Origin: an uncultured Acidobacteriota bacterium
GTDB taxonomy: Bacteria; Acidobacteriota; Polarisedimenticolia; Polarisedimenticolales; JAIQFR01
Direction of reading: 5' to 3'
Assembly (NCBI GenBank): GCA_937864465.1
Contig: CALMJU010000070.1
Location: 9,095-73,094, forward strand
Length of the DNA stretch: 64,000 nucleotides
Positions 1 to 9,853 of the stretch are shown here, piece after piece. The notes under the pieces are model-generated. The model was given only the letters and a program-made list of their open reading frames with translations, had not been told where the DNA came from and did no database searches. Each line of letters starts with the position of its first letter. Position 1 is the first letter of the stretch. The position numbers and the translations under genes are program-made.

Positions 1-1
1 C

Positions 2-1477
2 TTCACCGCGGCGGAGCGCTCGCGTCTCGCCGGTGCGGCGCGGCGGCTCGAGGAGGCCGGTCGCCTCGATGCGGGCCTCGACCTCCTGAGATCGGCTCGG
101 CGCCCCGGCTCTTCCGCGGCCGCGGTCGCGCCGGCGGAGGCGGTCGTCGAGGCGGCCATCCTGCTCCGGCTCGGCCGGACGGCGGAGGCGGAGCCCCTCG
201 TCGCGAGGGCCCTGCGCGCCGGCGGCGTCCCGGCCGACGAGGCCTCGTACCTCTCCGCGAGGCTCGCCCTGGCCAGGGGTCGCACCGCGTCCTGGCGCGG
301 GCACCTGTCGCGGCTCGCCTCGAGGCCGTCGGTTTCCCGCTGGCGTCTCGCCGCCCTGGCCGACCTCGCCCGCGCCGAGGAGGGAAAGCCCTCCCCGGCG
401 GCGCTCGCCGCCTATCGTCGCTACCGGGATGCGGCCGGGAGGCTCGCCGAGCCGGGGGTCCTCTGGCGAGAGGCCTGGGTCGCGTACGATCTGGGGAGAA
501 TGCGCGAGGCGGACGAGGGGATCGCCCGCGTGCTGGCGCGCACGGACGCTCCCCGCGCGATCCGGGCGGCCGCGCTGTACTGGTCGGGGAAGCGGCTCGA
601 GGCGGGCGGCCGCACCGCGGATGCGATCGCGCGCTTTCGAGAGACCGCGGCGCTGCTGCCCGGCCACTACTACGGGATGCTCGCCTCCCGGCGCCTCGGC
701 CTTCCCGACCCCGATGTCGAGGACGGGTCCTTGCCGCCTGCTCCCGATCCGAGGTCCCCGGTCGCGAGGCGCTGGCTCAGGGCGGCACGCGAGCTGCGCT
801 CCGTGGGGCTGCGCGAGGCGGCCTCGTCGGCGTACGGCGCAGCCGCCCGTCTCGCGGGACGGGAGGGGAGCGGCATCGCGATCGAGGGAGCCGACGCCGC
901 GCTGGCCGCCGGCTTCGCCGCCGATGCGCTCACGCTCCTCGAGGCCGCGTCCGTCGACCGGGACACCGCGGACCCGGCCGCCCTTGGGCTCCGGCACCTG
1001 AGGCTGCTCGCCCCGCTGCCGCAGGAGGCGGCGATCAGGGATATGGCCCGCCTCGCGGGCCTCGATCGGACGCTCGTGGCCGCGATCGCACTGCAGGAGA
1101 GCGGGCTCAATCCGATCGCCGTGTCCTCCGCCGGCGCGCGCGGCCTCCTGCAAGTCCTTCCCTCGACCGGAGCGGAGGTCGCGCGGAGGATCGGAGTCGC
1201 GGGATTCCGGCCCGAGAAGCTGTTCGATCCCGAGATCAACCTGCGCCTCGGCTGCGCCTACTTCCGGGAGATCCTCGACCGGGTCGGGTCGGTGCCCGTC
1301 GCCCTCGCCGCGTACAACGCCGGCCCTTCGCGGGCGGTCCGCTGGATGACGCCGGGCGACGACCGCGCCGGCGAGCGCTACGTCGAGAGGATCCCGATCC
1401 TCGAGACCCGAGGCTACGTGAAGCGAATCCTCGCGAACCAGCGCTTGTACCGGATCGCCTGGGGCCACGAGCGGTAA
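2..1477 (+). CDS. Soluble lytic transglycosylase (SLT domain) with TPR-like N-terminal region, 5'-truncated by the window
   Basis: SLT motifs IALQES, GARGLLQVLP and ALAAYNAG, plus IPILETRGYV. The frame reads open from position 2 (FTAAERSRL...). Confidence 0.9.
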   Translation, partial: FTAAERSRLAGAARRLEEAGRLDAGLDLLRSARRPGSSAAAVAPAEAVVEAAILLRLGRTAEAEPLVARALRAGGVPADEASYLSARLALARGRTASWRGHLSRLASRPSVSRWRLAALADLARAEEGKPSPAALAAYRRYRDAAGRLAEPGVLWREAWVAYDLGRMREADEGIARVLARTDAPRAIRAAALYWSGKRLEAGGRTADAIARFRETAALLPGHYYGMLASRRLGLPDPDVEDGSLPPAPDPRSPVARRWLRAARELRSVGLREAASSAYGAAARLAGREGSGIAIEGADAALAAGFAADALTLLEAASVDRDTADPAALGLRHLRLLAPLPQEAAIRDMARLAGLDRTLVAAIALQESGLNPIAVSSAGARGLLQVLPSTGAEVARRIGVAGFRPEKLFDPEINLRLGCAYFREILDRVGSVPVALAAYNAGPSRAVRWMTPGDDRAGERYVERIPILETRGYVKRILANQRLYRIAWGHER

Positions 1478-1534
1478 CGGCCGCGGCCCGACCGCGGCGC
1501 CGGCCTCGGAAGTGCCCGCCCCGGCCCCGGAAGG

Positions 1535-1540
1535 TACAAT
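1535..1540 (+). promoter_or_regulatory. Putative sigma-70 -10 element (TACAAT)
   Basis: AT-rich hexamer in a GC-rich intergenic gap just upstream of the MBL-fold gene. Confidence 0.45.
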
Positions 1541-1576
1541 GGCCGTTCGCGTGGGTCGATGGGGCCGGAGGCGCGC

Positions 1577-2554
1577 ATGCTGCAGGGCACGAGGCGATTC
1601 TTCGTTCTTCTCTCGCTCCTGGCGGTGGCGGGACCGGCGGCAAGCGCTCCCGCGGCTCCGCCGCCGGACGGCGAGGAAGGTCCGTACCGGGTGGAGACGC
1701 TCGCGGACGGGATCCACCTGTTCCGTCCCGCCGACCCGGCGGGAGGGCTCTCGAACTCTCTCGTCGTCGAGCGGGAGGACGGCCTGCTCGTCGTGGACGC
1801 GCAGCCGACGCCCGAGGCGGCGAGGAAGCTGCTCGAAAGGATCGCTCTCCGGTTCGCCCGACCGATCCGGTTCCTCGTGCTGACGCACCCCCATGCCGAC
1901 GCTGCCGGTGGCGCCTCGGCGTTTCCGCCGTCGACGCTCGTCGTCGCGAGCGGCGGGTACCGCGACGCGGTCGCCGACGACTCGTACGACTTCGGGGCCG
2001 AGGCGCGTGTCCGCACGGATTCCGGCGCGAAGTTCGACGCCCCCCCTCGCGCCGCTCCGACGCTCGTCTCCTGGACCCCGCTCCGTCTCGAGGACCGCCG
2101 GCACGGGATCGACGTCCTTCCCGTCGCCAAGCTGCCCGCCCACTCCGCCGGGGATCTCGTGGTCTGGATTCCGGATGCCCGGGTGCTGGCGGTAGGCGAC
2201 CTCGTCTGGTCCTCGCCGAACGCCTACACCGGAAGCGGCAACGTCTCGAACTGGATCGTCGCCCTCAACGCGATGCTGGAGCTCAAGCCCGCCCGGGTCG
2301 TCCCCCTCCGGGGACCCGCGGCGGATGCGCAGCCCGCGCGGCTCCTGCGCGAAGGGTTCGCCTGGATCCGGGGCCAGGTCGAGCAGGCGTTCGTCGACGC
2401 GGTGCCCTCGGGGAGGATCGCCGACCACGTCCTCGAATCCCCGCAATCGGCGAAGTTCCTCGACCTGGACGCGTCCCCCTCCTGGGTGCGAGGAATGATC
2501 GAGAGCGTGATCGCCGAGACGATCGAGTACCGCAGGAAGCGAGGGATCGACTGA
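1577..2554 (+). CDS. Exported metallo-beta-lactamase-fold protein with degenerate metal site
   Basis: Signal peptide, LLVVDAQ, THPHADAAGG (variant of HxHxDH), AHSAGD and GDL. Alternative start at 1559. Confidence 0.8.
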   Translation: MLQGTRRFFVLLSLLAVAGPAASAPAAPPPDGEEGPYRVETLADGIHLFRPADPAGGLSNSLVVEREDGLLVVDAQPTPEAARKLLERIALRFARPIRFLVLTHPHADAAGGASAFPPSTLVVASGGYRDAVADDSYDFGAEARVRTDSGAKFDAPPRAAPTLVSWTPLRLEDRRHGIDVLPVAKLPAHSAGDLVVWIPDARVLAVGDLVWSSPNAYTGSGNVSNWIVALNAMLELKPARVVPLRGPAADAQPARLLREGFAWIRGQVEQAFVDAVPSGRIADHVLESPQSAKFLDLDASPSWVRGMIESVIAETIEYRRKRGID

Positions 2555-2572
2555 CGTCCAGGGCGGCGCTCC

Positions 2573-2830
2573 TCACTCGGCCCCGTCCCCTCCCGCATCG
2601 TCCGCCCTCTTCTCGCGACGACGGGCGATCGTTTCCCTGACGCCGCGTCCGAACGACTTCAGACGCTCGTACGCCGCGTGGGCCAAACGGCTGTGGCTGC
2701 TCAGGATCGCGAGTCCCGCGAGGACGAGGACCCAGCCCTGGAGGATCGGAACGAATCCGCCTACGACACCCGCAGCGATCAGCGTGAGGCCCAGGATCCA
2801 GTCCGCGATCTTGCGAACGCGCCGCACCAT
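2573..2830 (-). CDS. Small membrane protein (PGPGW-like)
   Basis: MVRRVRKIADWILGLTLIAAGVVGGFVPILQGW hydrophobic hairpin. The start overlaps the dapF stop. Confidence 0.7.
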   Translation of the reverse strand: MVRRVRKIADWILGLTLIAAGVVGGFVPILQGWVLVLAGLAILSSHSRLAHAAYERLKSFGRGVRETIARRREKRADDAGGDGAE

Positions 2831-3660
2831 CACGGGGCCCACCCCGAGACGGCCTCGTCCGAAAGCGTCGCCTCGAAGACCAGCCTCGCGTCCCCCGTCA
2901 GGATCGCCGTCTCCGGGAGGCCGCCCCTTCCCGCGAACTCCACGCGGAGGGGAACTCCGCTCCGGGGAACGACCGCGACCGGCCCCGCCCCCGGCGCGAG
3001 AGCGCGGTGCGCCCACGCCGCCGCGACCGCGCCCGACCCGCATGCGAGCGTCTCTCCCTCGACGCCCCGCTCCCACGTCCGGATCGAGAGCGCGTCGGCC
3101 CGGGCCTCGACGAGATCGACGTTGGTCCCGGACGGCCCGAAGGAAGGATGGCGGCGCAGCGCCGGGCCCCAGACCTCGAGGGGGGCCTCGGAAACGGCCG
3201 CGACGCGGACGATGAAGTGGGGGACGCCCGCCGCCACGAGCCTGCCCTCGAAGCGGCGGCCTCCCGCCTCGACGCAGCGATCGCCCAGATCCTCGGGAAG
3301 CGGCAGCGCCACCGACACGCAATCGCCCGTGATCTCCGCCCGCACGCTCCCCGCCGCCGTCTCGAGCGTCATCGTCCTGCCGGCGTACCCGCGGAGGAAG
3401 GCATAGCGGGCGGCGCAGCGACTGCCGTTCCCGCAGAACGCCTCCTCCCCGTCCGGATTGAGGAACCGCACGCGGACGGCGCCGCCCGGAAACGGCTCCA
3501 CGAGGAGCACCCCGTCCGCGCCGACCGACAGGCCGCGGCGGCACACGCGCCGGGCCCACTCCGGCGCGCCCGCTCCAAGCTCGCGCGCTTCCTCGAGGCC
3601 GAGCACCACGAAGTCGTTGCCCGCCCCCGACATCTTCCAGATCCGCCGCGGCCCGCTCAC
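2830..3660 (-). CDS. dapF: Diaminopimelate epimerase
   Basis: KMSGAGNDF, GADG, FCGNGSRC, GTNV and TWERGVEGETLACGSG. The GTG start overlaps the upstream stop. Confidence 0.95.
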   Translation of the reverse strand: MSGPRRIWKMSGAGNDFVVLGLEEARELGAGAPEWARRVCRRGLSVGADGVLLVEPFPGGAVRVRFLNPDGEEAFCGNGSRCAARYAFLRGYAGRTMTLETAAGSVRAEITGDCVSVALPLPEDLGDRCVEAGGRRFEGRLVAAGVPHFIVRVAAVSEAPLEVWGPALRRHPSFGPSGTNVDLVEARADALSIRTWERGVEGETLACGSGAVAAAWAHRALAPGAGPVAVVPRSGVPLRVEFAGRGGLPETAILTGDARLVFEATLSDEAVSGWAP

Positions 3661-4733
3661 GGCGCTCTCCCCGCGGCCGGCTCCTCTGCGACGAGGATCT
3701 CGGTCGGCTCGGACGGAGGACCGACGTTGCCCGCCCGGTCGACGGCCGAGACGCGGTAGAAGAGGCGGGCGCCGGGGGTCGCGCCGTCGTCCAGACGGAA
3801 CGGCTCCGCCGTCGGGCCGCCCCCGAGCGCTTCCCAGCTCCCTTCCGTCCCGAGGCGCCGCTCCACGCGATAGCCCGCGAGATCGCGCTCCTGGCTCGGG
3901 TTCCAGAAGAGGCGGACCGAGGGACCTTCCTGCACGGCCACCAGGCCCGTCGGGGCCGAGGGGGGGAACCGATCCTCGGCGACGACCTCGATCGGCCCGG
4001 CGGAGCCGCTCTCCCGGTACGGCGCGCCTCCGGCGGCGGTGGTGCGGACGACGTAGCGGTACGACTCGCCGATCTCGACCGCGGCGTCGAGGTACTCCGT
4101 CGAGGACACCGCGTCCGCGTTCAGGGGGGACTCCCCGAACGGCTCGACCGCCGGGGCGCGATACAGGTTGAACAGGAACGGTCCCCCGGAAGGCGGATCC
4201 CACGCGAGCCGGACCCCCTCGGACGTCGCCTCCGCTTCGAGCCCTGCCGGCGGCGGCAGCGGGGCCACGGGAACGAGGTCCGGAGCCACGACGAGGGGAG
4301 ACGACCTGCGGTGCCGGTCTCTCACGCGGACCGCGTAGCGGAGCGTCCACCCGACCCCGCCCCCCTCGAGAGCGGCCCACGACGAGTCCTCGATCCGAAG
4401 GCGGGATCCTCTCCGGAGGGACTCCCCTTCGACCACCGCGACGACCGGAGCCCTCCGGAACGCCTCCGCCTCGGCGGGCGCGGAGGCTCCGGGAGGATGC
4501 TCGAGACGCACGAGCTCGGCCGCGGAGGGCTGCTGGGACGGCTTGGAACCGCGCGGATCCGGGACGGTGAACGATACGAAGACGCGGGCCCCTTCCTGGC
4601 GCGCGACGACCTCCCGCGGGGCGAGGGGGCCGCGCGGCTCGGGCGGACGGAGCGCTCCCTTCTTCCCGCACCCGGTCCCCGCGAGGAGGAGGATCCCCAG
4701 GACGACCTTCCCCGTGCGTCGAGCCGCGCGCAT
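3657..4733 (-). CDS. Lipoprotein with LptM/YifL-like N-terminal motif and fibronectin type III domains
   Basis: Lipobox LAGTGC followed by GKKGALRPP. Fn3 signatures include VRLAWDPP, YLDAAVEIGESYRYVV, PPSAPTGL and YRVSAVDRAGNVG. Confidence 0.85.
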   Translation of the reverse strand: MRAARRTGKVVLGILLLAGTGCGKKGALRPPEPRGPLAPREVVARQEGARVFVSFTVPDPRGSKPSQQPSAAELVRLEHPPGASAPAEAEAFRRAPVVAVVEGESLRRGSRLRIEDSSWAALEGGGVGWTLRYAVRVRDRHRRSSPLVVAPDLVPVAPLPPPAGLEAEATSEGVRLAWDPPSGGPFLFNLYRAPAVEPFGESPLNADAVSSTEYLDAAVEIGESYRYVVRTTAAGGAPYRESGSAGPIEVVAEDRFPPSAPTGLVAVQEGPSVRLFWNPSQERDLAGYRVERRLGTEGSWEALGGGPTAEPFRLDDGATPGARLFYRVSAVDRAGNVGPPSEPTEILVAEEPAAGRAP

Positions 4734-6109
4734 CACAGGATGTAGCGCGAGAGGTCCGTGTCGCGGGAGATGTCGGCGACCCGCGCGCGGACGTAGGCCG
4801 CGTCTGCCACGACGCGGCGAGAGGGGAGCTCGGGCGCGTCGAAAGACACCTCCTCGAGCACCCGCTCCATGACCGTGTGGAGCCTCCGCGCGCCGATGTC
4901 CTCGGTGCGGCGGTTCACCTCCTCCGCAGCCTCCGCGATCGCCGCGATGCCGTCGGCCGTGAACTCCAGCTCGACGCCCTCCGTCCCGAGCAGCGCCTGG
5001 TACTGGCGGACGAGGGAGTTCTCGGGCTCCGTCAGGATGCGCACGAGATCTTCGCGCCCGAGCGAATCCAGCTCGACCCGGATGGGGAACCGGCCCTGGA
5101 GCTCGGGGATCAGGTCGGAGGGTTTCGACACGTGGAATGCCCCGGCGGCGATGAACAGGACGTGGTCCGTGCGCACCATCCCGTACTTGGTGTTCACCAG
5201 CGTTCCCTCGACGATCGGGAGCAGGTCCCGCTGGACGCCCTCCCGCGAAACGTCCGGCCCCTGCTTCCCCTCGCGGCCGGCGATCTTGTCGAGCTCGTCC
5301 ACGAAGAGGATCCCCGACTCCTCGACCCGGCGGATTCCCTCCCTCGCCGTCCGGTCGGGATCGACCAGCTTCTCCTCCTCCTCGCGCTGCAGCACCTCCC
5401 GCGCCTCCGCGACCGTCATCGTGCTCCGCCGCGTCTTGGACTGGAAGAGGCCCGGCAGCATTTCCCGGAGGTTCGTGTCGAATTCCTCCATGCCCGCCTG
5501 CGAGAAGATCCGGAAGGCAGGCGTCGCCCCCGACTGGACCTCGACCTCCACCGTGCGGTCCTCGATCTCCCCCGCCTCGAGGCGGCGTCGCAGATCCTCG
5601 CGGCTCCGCTCCCACGCCTCCCGGTCCCCGGGCTCCCCGCGGCCGGGCCGGGGGGAGAGGAGCAGCTCCAGGATCCTCCGCTCGGAAGCCTGGCGCGCCT
5701 GACCCCGCACCTGCTCGCGGCGCTCCTGGCGCACGAGATCCACCCCGACCTCTACGAGATCGCGGATCATCGACTCCACGTCGCGACCGACGTAGCCGAC
5801 CTCGGTGAACTTCGACGCCTCGACCTTGAGGAACGGCGACCCCGCGAGCCGGGCGAGCCTCCGCGCGATCTCGGTCTTCCCGACGCCCGTCGGCCCGATC
5901 ATGAGGATGTTCTTCGGCATGACCTCCTCGGCGAGATCGCGCGGGAGCTTCTTGCGCCGGATTCGGTTGCGGAGCGCCACGGCGACGGCACGCTTCGCGC
6001 GTCCCTGCCCCACGATGAATCGGTCGAGCTCGGTCACGACCTGGCGAGGGAGCAGGCCGTCGGGCGACGCCTCCGTGCGCTCGATCCGTCCGGGCATGTA
6101 GAAGACCAA
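4733..6109 (-). CDS. hslU: ATP-dependent protease ATPase subunit HslU
   Basis: [44 protein letters not shown] and C-terminal SRYIL. TTG start with RBS, or ATG at 6097. Confidence 0.97.
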   Translation of the reverse strand: MVFYMPGRIERTEASPDGLLPRQVVTELDRFIVGQGRAKRAVAVALRNRIRRKKLPRDLAEEVMPKNILMIGPTGVGKTEIARRLARLAGSPFLKVEASKFTEVGYVGRDVESMIRDLVEVGVDLVRQERREQVRGQARQASERRILELLLSPRPGRGEPGDREAWERSREDLRRRLEAGEIEDRTVEVEVQSGATPAFRIFSQAGMEEFDTNLREMLPGLFQSKTRRSTMTVAEAREVLQREEEEKLVDPDRTAREGIRRVEESGILFVDELDKIAGREGKQGPDVSREGVQRDLLPIVEGTLVNTKYGMVRTDHVLFIAAGAFHVSKPSDLIPELQGRFPIRVELDSLGREDLVRILTEPENSLVRQYQALLGTEGVELEFTADGIAAIAEAAEEVNRRTEDIGARRLHTVMERVLEEVSFDAPELPSRRVVADAAYVRARVADISRDTDLSRYIL

Positions 6110-6110
6110 G

Positions 6111-6653
6111 TCAGATCTCCTCGACGACGAGGCGGTCGTTCGTGTAGACGTCGATCCCCGCCGCGATGCGCAGCGCCTCCTCCGCGACGGCCCGCGCCGG
6201 AAGGTCCGTGTGCGCGAGGAGGGCGCGCGCGGCTCCCATGGCCGCGACGGAGCCGCTCCCGATCCCGAGAACGCCGTCGTCCGGCTCGATGAGATCGCCG
6301 GTTCCCGACAGGAGGAAGGTCCGGCTCGCGTCGGCGACGACGAGCATCGCCTCGAGCCGCCGCAGGGCGCGATCGGTCCTCCACTCGCGCACGAGCTCGA
6401 CCGCGGCGCGCTCGATCTGCCCCTGGTGCGCGGCGAGCTTCTCCTCGAACCGCTCGAGGAGCGCGACGGCGTCGGCAGCCCCGCCCGCGAACCCTGCCAG
6501 CACGCGCCCCGAGGCGAGCGTGCGGACCTTGCGGGCGCCCTGCTTGACGATCGTGCGGTCGAGCGAGACCTGCCCGTCCCCGGCCATCGCCGTTCTCCCG
6601 TCCCTCCGCACCGTGAGGACGGTCGTGCCCGTGATCGCGCTCCCTCCCGCCAT
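6111..6653 (-). CDS. hslV: ATP-dependent protease peptidase subunit HslV
   Basis: N-terminal TT nucleophile, [26 protein letters not shown] and YTN. Confidence 0.97.
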   Translation of the reverse strand: MAGGSAITGTTVLTVRRDGRTAMAGDGQVSLDRTIVKQGARKVRTLASGRVLAGFAGGAADAVALLERFEEKLAAHQGQIERAAVELVREWRTDRALRRLEAMLVVADASRTFLLSGTGDLIEPDDGVLGIGSGSVAAMGAARALLAHTDLPARAVAEEALRIAAGIDVYTNDRLVVEEI

Positions 6654-6834
6654 GGAGGCACCTCCGAGAAGATCGCAGTGTAGTCCCGGACGGCGGGGAC
6701 GCCAAAGCCGACGGTCCGGGTTCCGTGCCGCCGTCTCTATCTTACATTTTTGAAACCCGGTGGCGAGGAACGGGCACTCGGCCGCGCCGGAACCTATGTT
6801 TGTCCGTGTGCGGGAGCTCCGAGGAGGAGAGACC

Positions 6835-9183
6835 GTGAGGGAGGGTCTCGCCCAGTCACGCCTGAGCGCGGTCGCCCGGGGTTACGCCTGGGCCGTCGTC
6901 GCCGGCGGAGCCTTCGCCGGGGCCCGTCTCGCGCAGGGCTCGGTCCCCGGCTCGTGGCACGCGGCGCCGCTCCTGTTCTTCGGCACGCTCTGCGTCGTCG
7001 CGGCGACGCTGTCCGTGACGTACCGGGGCTTCTTGCCGAGCGCGATCTCACATCAGATCGGCACGTCGTTCGCGTACGCACTCTTCTTCCTGGCGAGCCC
7101 CGTCGAAGTCGCCATGGTCCTGCTCCTCGCGACGGCCGCCGACTGGGCCCTCCACCGACGTCGACCGCTGACCGCGGCCTTCAACGCCGGGCAGCTCATG
7201 CTCGCGCTGTGGGCGGCGGTCGGGATGCGAGAGATCCTGAGGCCGGGATTCGTCGTCCTCGACCGGGTGGACGGCGCCACGATGACCGCCGCCGTCCTGT
7301 CCCTCTCCGCCTTCTTCCTCGTGAACCACGGGCTGACCCGCATCGTGATCGGGCTCGCGAACCGGCAGCCGGTCCTCCGATTGGACGCCGGCTTCCGCAT
7401 CGGCATCCTGAACGAGACGTTCTGCGTCGTGTCGGGGCTCGGCATGGCGGTGCTCTGGTGGATCCGTCCGGCGCTCTCGCTCCTGGGAATCGTGCCGATC
7501 TTCCTGATGGTCGTGCTCCTGCAGCTCCTGAGCCGCCGCGAGCGTGAGCTCGAGCTCCGGCAGGCGGAGCTCGGACCGCTGCAGGACCTGGGCTTCGAGA
7601 TCGGCGCCGAGCTCGACGCGCAGAGGCTCGAGGGAGCCGTCGTGCGGGTCGCGACCGAGGCCCTTCGCTCGACGGGAGCGCTCCTCGGAGTCCTCGAGGA
7701 GGATCGCAGACGGGTCCGCGTCCTCGCCCACCGCGGGCTCCTCGGGGTCCCCCCCGCCACGATCGCGCTGGCCGGCCTGGATCTCGCGTTCTTCGAGGCG
7801 GGCCGTATCCTCCGAATCGAGGATCTCCCCTCCCGGCTGGAGAACTATCCCGAGTTCCGGTTCCTGGGCTCCGTCGGCGCCCTCTGCGCTCCCGTGCGAA
7901 TCGGGGGACGCCGGGAGGGGCTGCTCCTCCTGTTCCACGACTGCCTCCGCCGCCCCTTCGACGAGGAGGACGTCCGCCGGCTCGAGACCCTCATGCGGTT
8001 CGTCGAGATGGCCCTGTCGAACGCCCGTCTGGTCGCCGACCTGAAGGCCGTCCAGGCACGGCTCCTCGAAAGCGAGAAGCTGTCCGCCCTCGGCATGCTC
8101 GTCTCCGGCGTCGCCCACGAGCTGAACAACCCCCTGACCTCGGTCATCGGCTACGCGCAGCTCCTGCTCGAGAAGGACCCCGACGCGGACCGGAAGCGGA
8201 TGCTCGGCCGCGTCGACTCCGAGGCCTCGCGGGCGAGGCGGATCGTCCAGAACCTGCTGACGTTCGCCCGGAACCACAAGACCGAGAAGAAACCGACCGA
8301 CATCAACGCGGTGCTCGACCAGGTGCTCGACCTCAGGGCCTACGAGCTGCGCGTCGAGAACATCGAGCTGGTACGGAGACTGAGCCCGGGCCTCTCGCTC
8401 GTCCTCGCCGACCCGCACCAGATCCACCAGGTGCTGCTGAACCTGCTGACCAACGCCGAGCACGCGGTGCGGGCCGTCCCGCGGCGCGGCCGCATCACGG
8501 TCGAGACGACGGAGCGCGAGGGCCGGGTGCGCCTCGCCGTGACGGACAACGGGCAGGGCATCGCGGCGGAGAACCTCGGCAAGCTGTTCGTCCCGTTCTT
8601 CACCACCAAGGAGGTCGGTCAGGGAACCGGTCTCGGGCTCTCGATCTGCTACGGGATCGTCCGGGAGCACGGGGGACGGATCCACGTCGAGAGCCGGGAG
8701 GGCGAGGGAGCATCCTTCGTCGTGGAGCTCCCGGCCGTCGTGTCCGCAGCGCGCGCTGCCGAGGAGCCCCTCCGCGACGAGGTCGCCGTCCCGGCTCCGT
8801 CCGGATCGGGACATGTTCTCGTCGTGGACGACGAGGAGCCGATCGCCGAGCTCGTGCGCGACATCCTGGAGACCCGGGGCTGGCGCGTGAGCGCCGCCCG
8901 GGACGGCGCGGAGGCGCTCCGGCTCGTGGCCGACGAGCCGTTCGACGTCCTCCTCGTCGACATCAAGATGCCCGGCATGGACGGGCGGGCCTTCTACACG
9001 GCGCTGCGCGAGTCGCAGCCGGAGCTCGCGCGCCGCATCGTGTTCTCGACCGGCGACGCGGCGAGCGACGGCACCACGCGGTTCCTCGAGGGCGCGGGCA
9101 ACTCCGTGCTGGCCAAGCCGTACGACGTCGCCTCCCTGCTCACGGCCGTCTCCCGGGTCGCGGAGCAGGCGCACGTCCACTGA
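6835..9183 (+). CDS. Membrane hybrid sensor histidine kinase (multi-TM, GAF, HisKA, HATPase, receiver)
   Basis: Several TM helices, H-box GVAHELNNPL, NLLTNA, DNGQGI, FFTTKEVGQGTGLGL and receiver VLVVDDE...DIKMPGMDG. GTG follows a GAGGAGGAG RBS. Confidence 0.92.
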   Translation: MREGLAQSRLSAVARGYAWAVVAGGAFAGARLAQGSVPGSWHAAPLLFFGTLCVVAATLSVTYRGFLPSAISHQIGTSFAYALFFLASPVEVAMVLLLATAADWALHRRRPLTAAFNAGQLMLALWAAVGMREILRPGFVVLDRVDGATMTAAVLSLSAFFLVNHGLTRIVIGLANRQPVLRLDAGFRIGILNETFCVVSGLGMAVLWWIRPALSLLGIVPIFLMVVLLQLLSRRERELELRQAELGPLQDLGFEIGAELDAQRLEGAVVRVATEALRSTGALLGVLEEDRRRVRVLAHRGLLGVPPATIALAGLDLAFFEAGRILRIEDLPSRLENYPEFRFLGSVGALCAPVRIGGRREGLLLLFHDCLRRPFDEEDVRRLETLMRFVEMALSNARLVADLKAVQARLLESEKLSALGMLVSGVAHELNNPLTSVIGYAQLLLEKDPDADRKRMLGRVDSEASRARRIVQNLLTFARNHKTEKKPTDINAVLDQVLDLRAYELRVENIELVRRLSPGLSLVLADPHQIHQVLLNLLTNAEHAVRAVPRRGRITVETTEREGRVRLAVTDNGQGIAAENLGKLFVPFFTTKEVGQGTGLGLSICYGIVREHGGRIHVESREGEGASFVVELPAVVSAARAAEEPLRDEVAVPAPSGSGHVLVVDDEEPIAELVRDILETRGWRVSAARDGAEALRLVADEPFDVLLVDIKMPGMDGRAFYTALRESQPELARRIVFSTGDAASDGTTRFLEGAGNSVLAKPYDVASLLTAVSRVAEQAHVH

Positions 9184-9216
9184 CCGGCGCGGCGCGCGCG
9201 GCGGGTCGGGTCCACC

Positions 9217-9654
9217 CTACTGGACGTCGTCGGGACCGGGGACGATCGGGGCGGTGTCGGTGTCGCGGACCGGCCGGCGGCCCGGCGACATCACCCAGGA
9301 TGCGGCGCCGATGCGCGCGCCGCTCTCGCGGAGACGGGTCGCGCTCCGCTCGAGGCTCGCCCTGGCCTCGCGGATCCGCTCCGCGGAGTCGTGGCTCAGC
9401 TGGTCGGCGCGGGACAGGGTCTCGCGGACCCGGGACACCTTCCGCTGCGCGTGCTGCGCCGACGATCGGAGGGATTCCTCGCGCCGGAACGCGTCCTCGA
9501 GCGCCGCCTGGAACGGGGAGACGTCCTCGTCCAGCGAGATCGCCTTGCTCAGGAAGAGAGCCCGGACCTGATCGACGAACGCCGGCGACGCCCCCGTGAG
9601 ACGGGCCAGCATCTCGATCTCGTCGGCGATGCTCGTGAACGATCGTGCGCTCAT
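9217..9654 (-). CDS. Hypothetical protein (helical, coiled-coil-like)
   Basis: 145-aa ORF with normal composition, filling the gap between convergent/divergent genes. No family recognised. Confidence 0.65.
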   Translation of the reverse strand: MSARSFTSIADEIEMLARLTGASPAFVDQVRALFLSKAISLDEDVSPFQAALEDAFRREESLRSSAQHAQRKVSRVRETLSRADQLSHDSAERIREARASLERSATRLRESGARIGAASWVMSPGRRPVRDTDTAPIVPGPDDVQ

Positions 9655-9853
9655 CTCGGTTTCTCGCGCCTTCGTCCCTTATGTACGGTCAAAAGCAACC
9701 GGCGCAAGCGCCCCCGACCCGCCAATTCCGTAAGCCGCCCGCCCGCTCCGCGCGGCCGGCCCGAGTCCACCGAGAACCCGGAAATCCGCGGGAGCGCGCC
9801 TCCCGGGCCGGGCGCCTCCCCGGAGCGTATGCTCCTCCCGGGAGGAGTCGCCT

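Noticed and set aside
6767-6815. GGAAC motifs upstream of the hybrid kinase as ECF promoters
   Set aside because: No CGTT/CGTC-like -10 at 16-17 nt.
9693-9715. Possible minus-strand sigma-54 promoter upstream of the orphan gene
   Set aside because: TTGC is present but there is no GG at the required 10-nt spacing.
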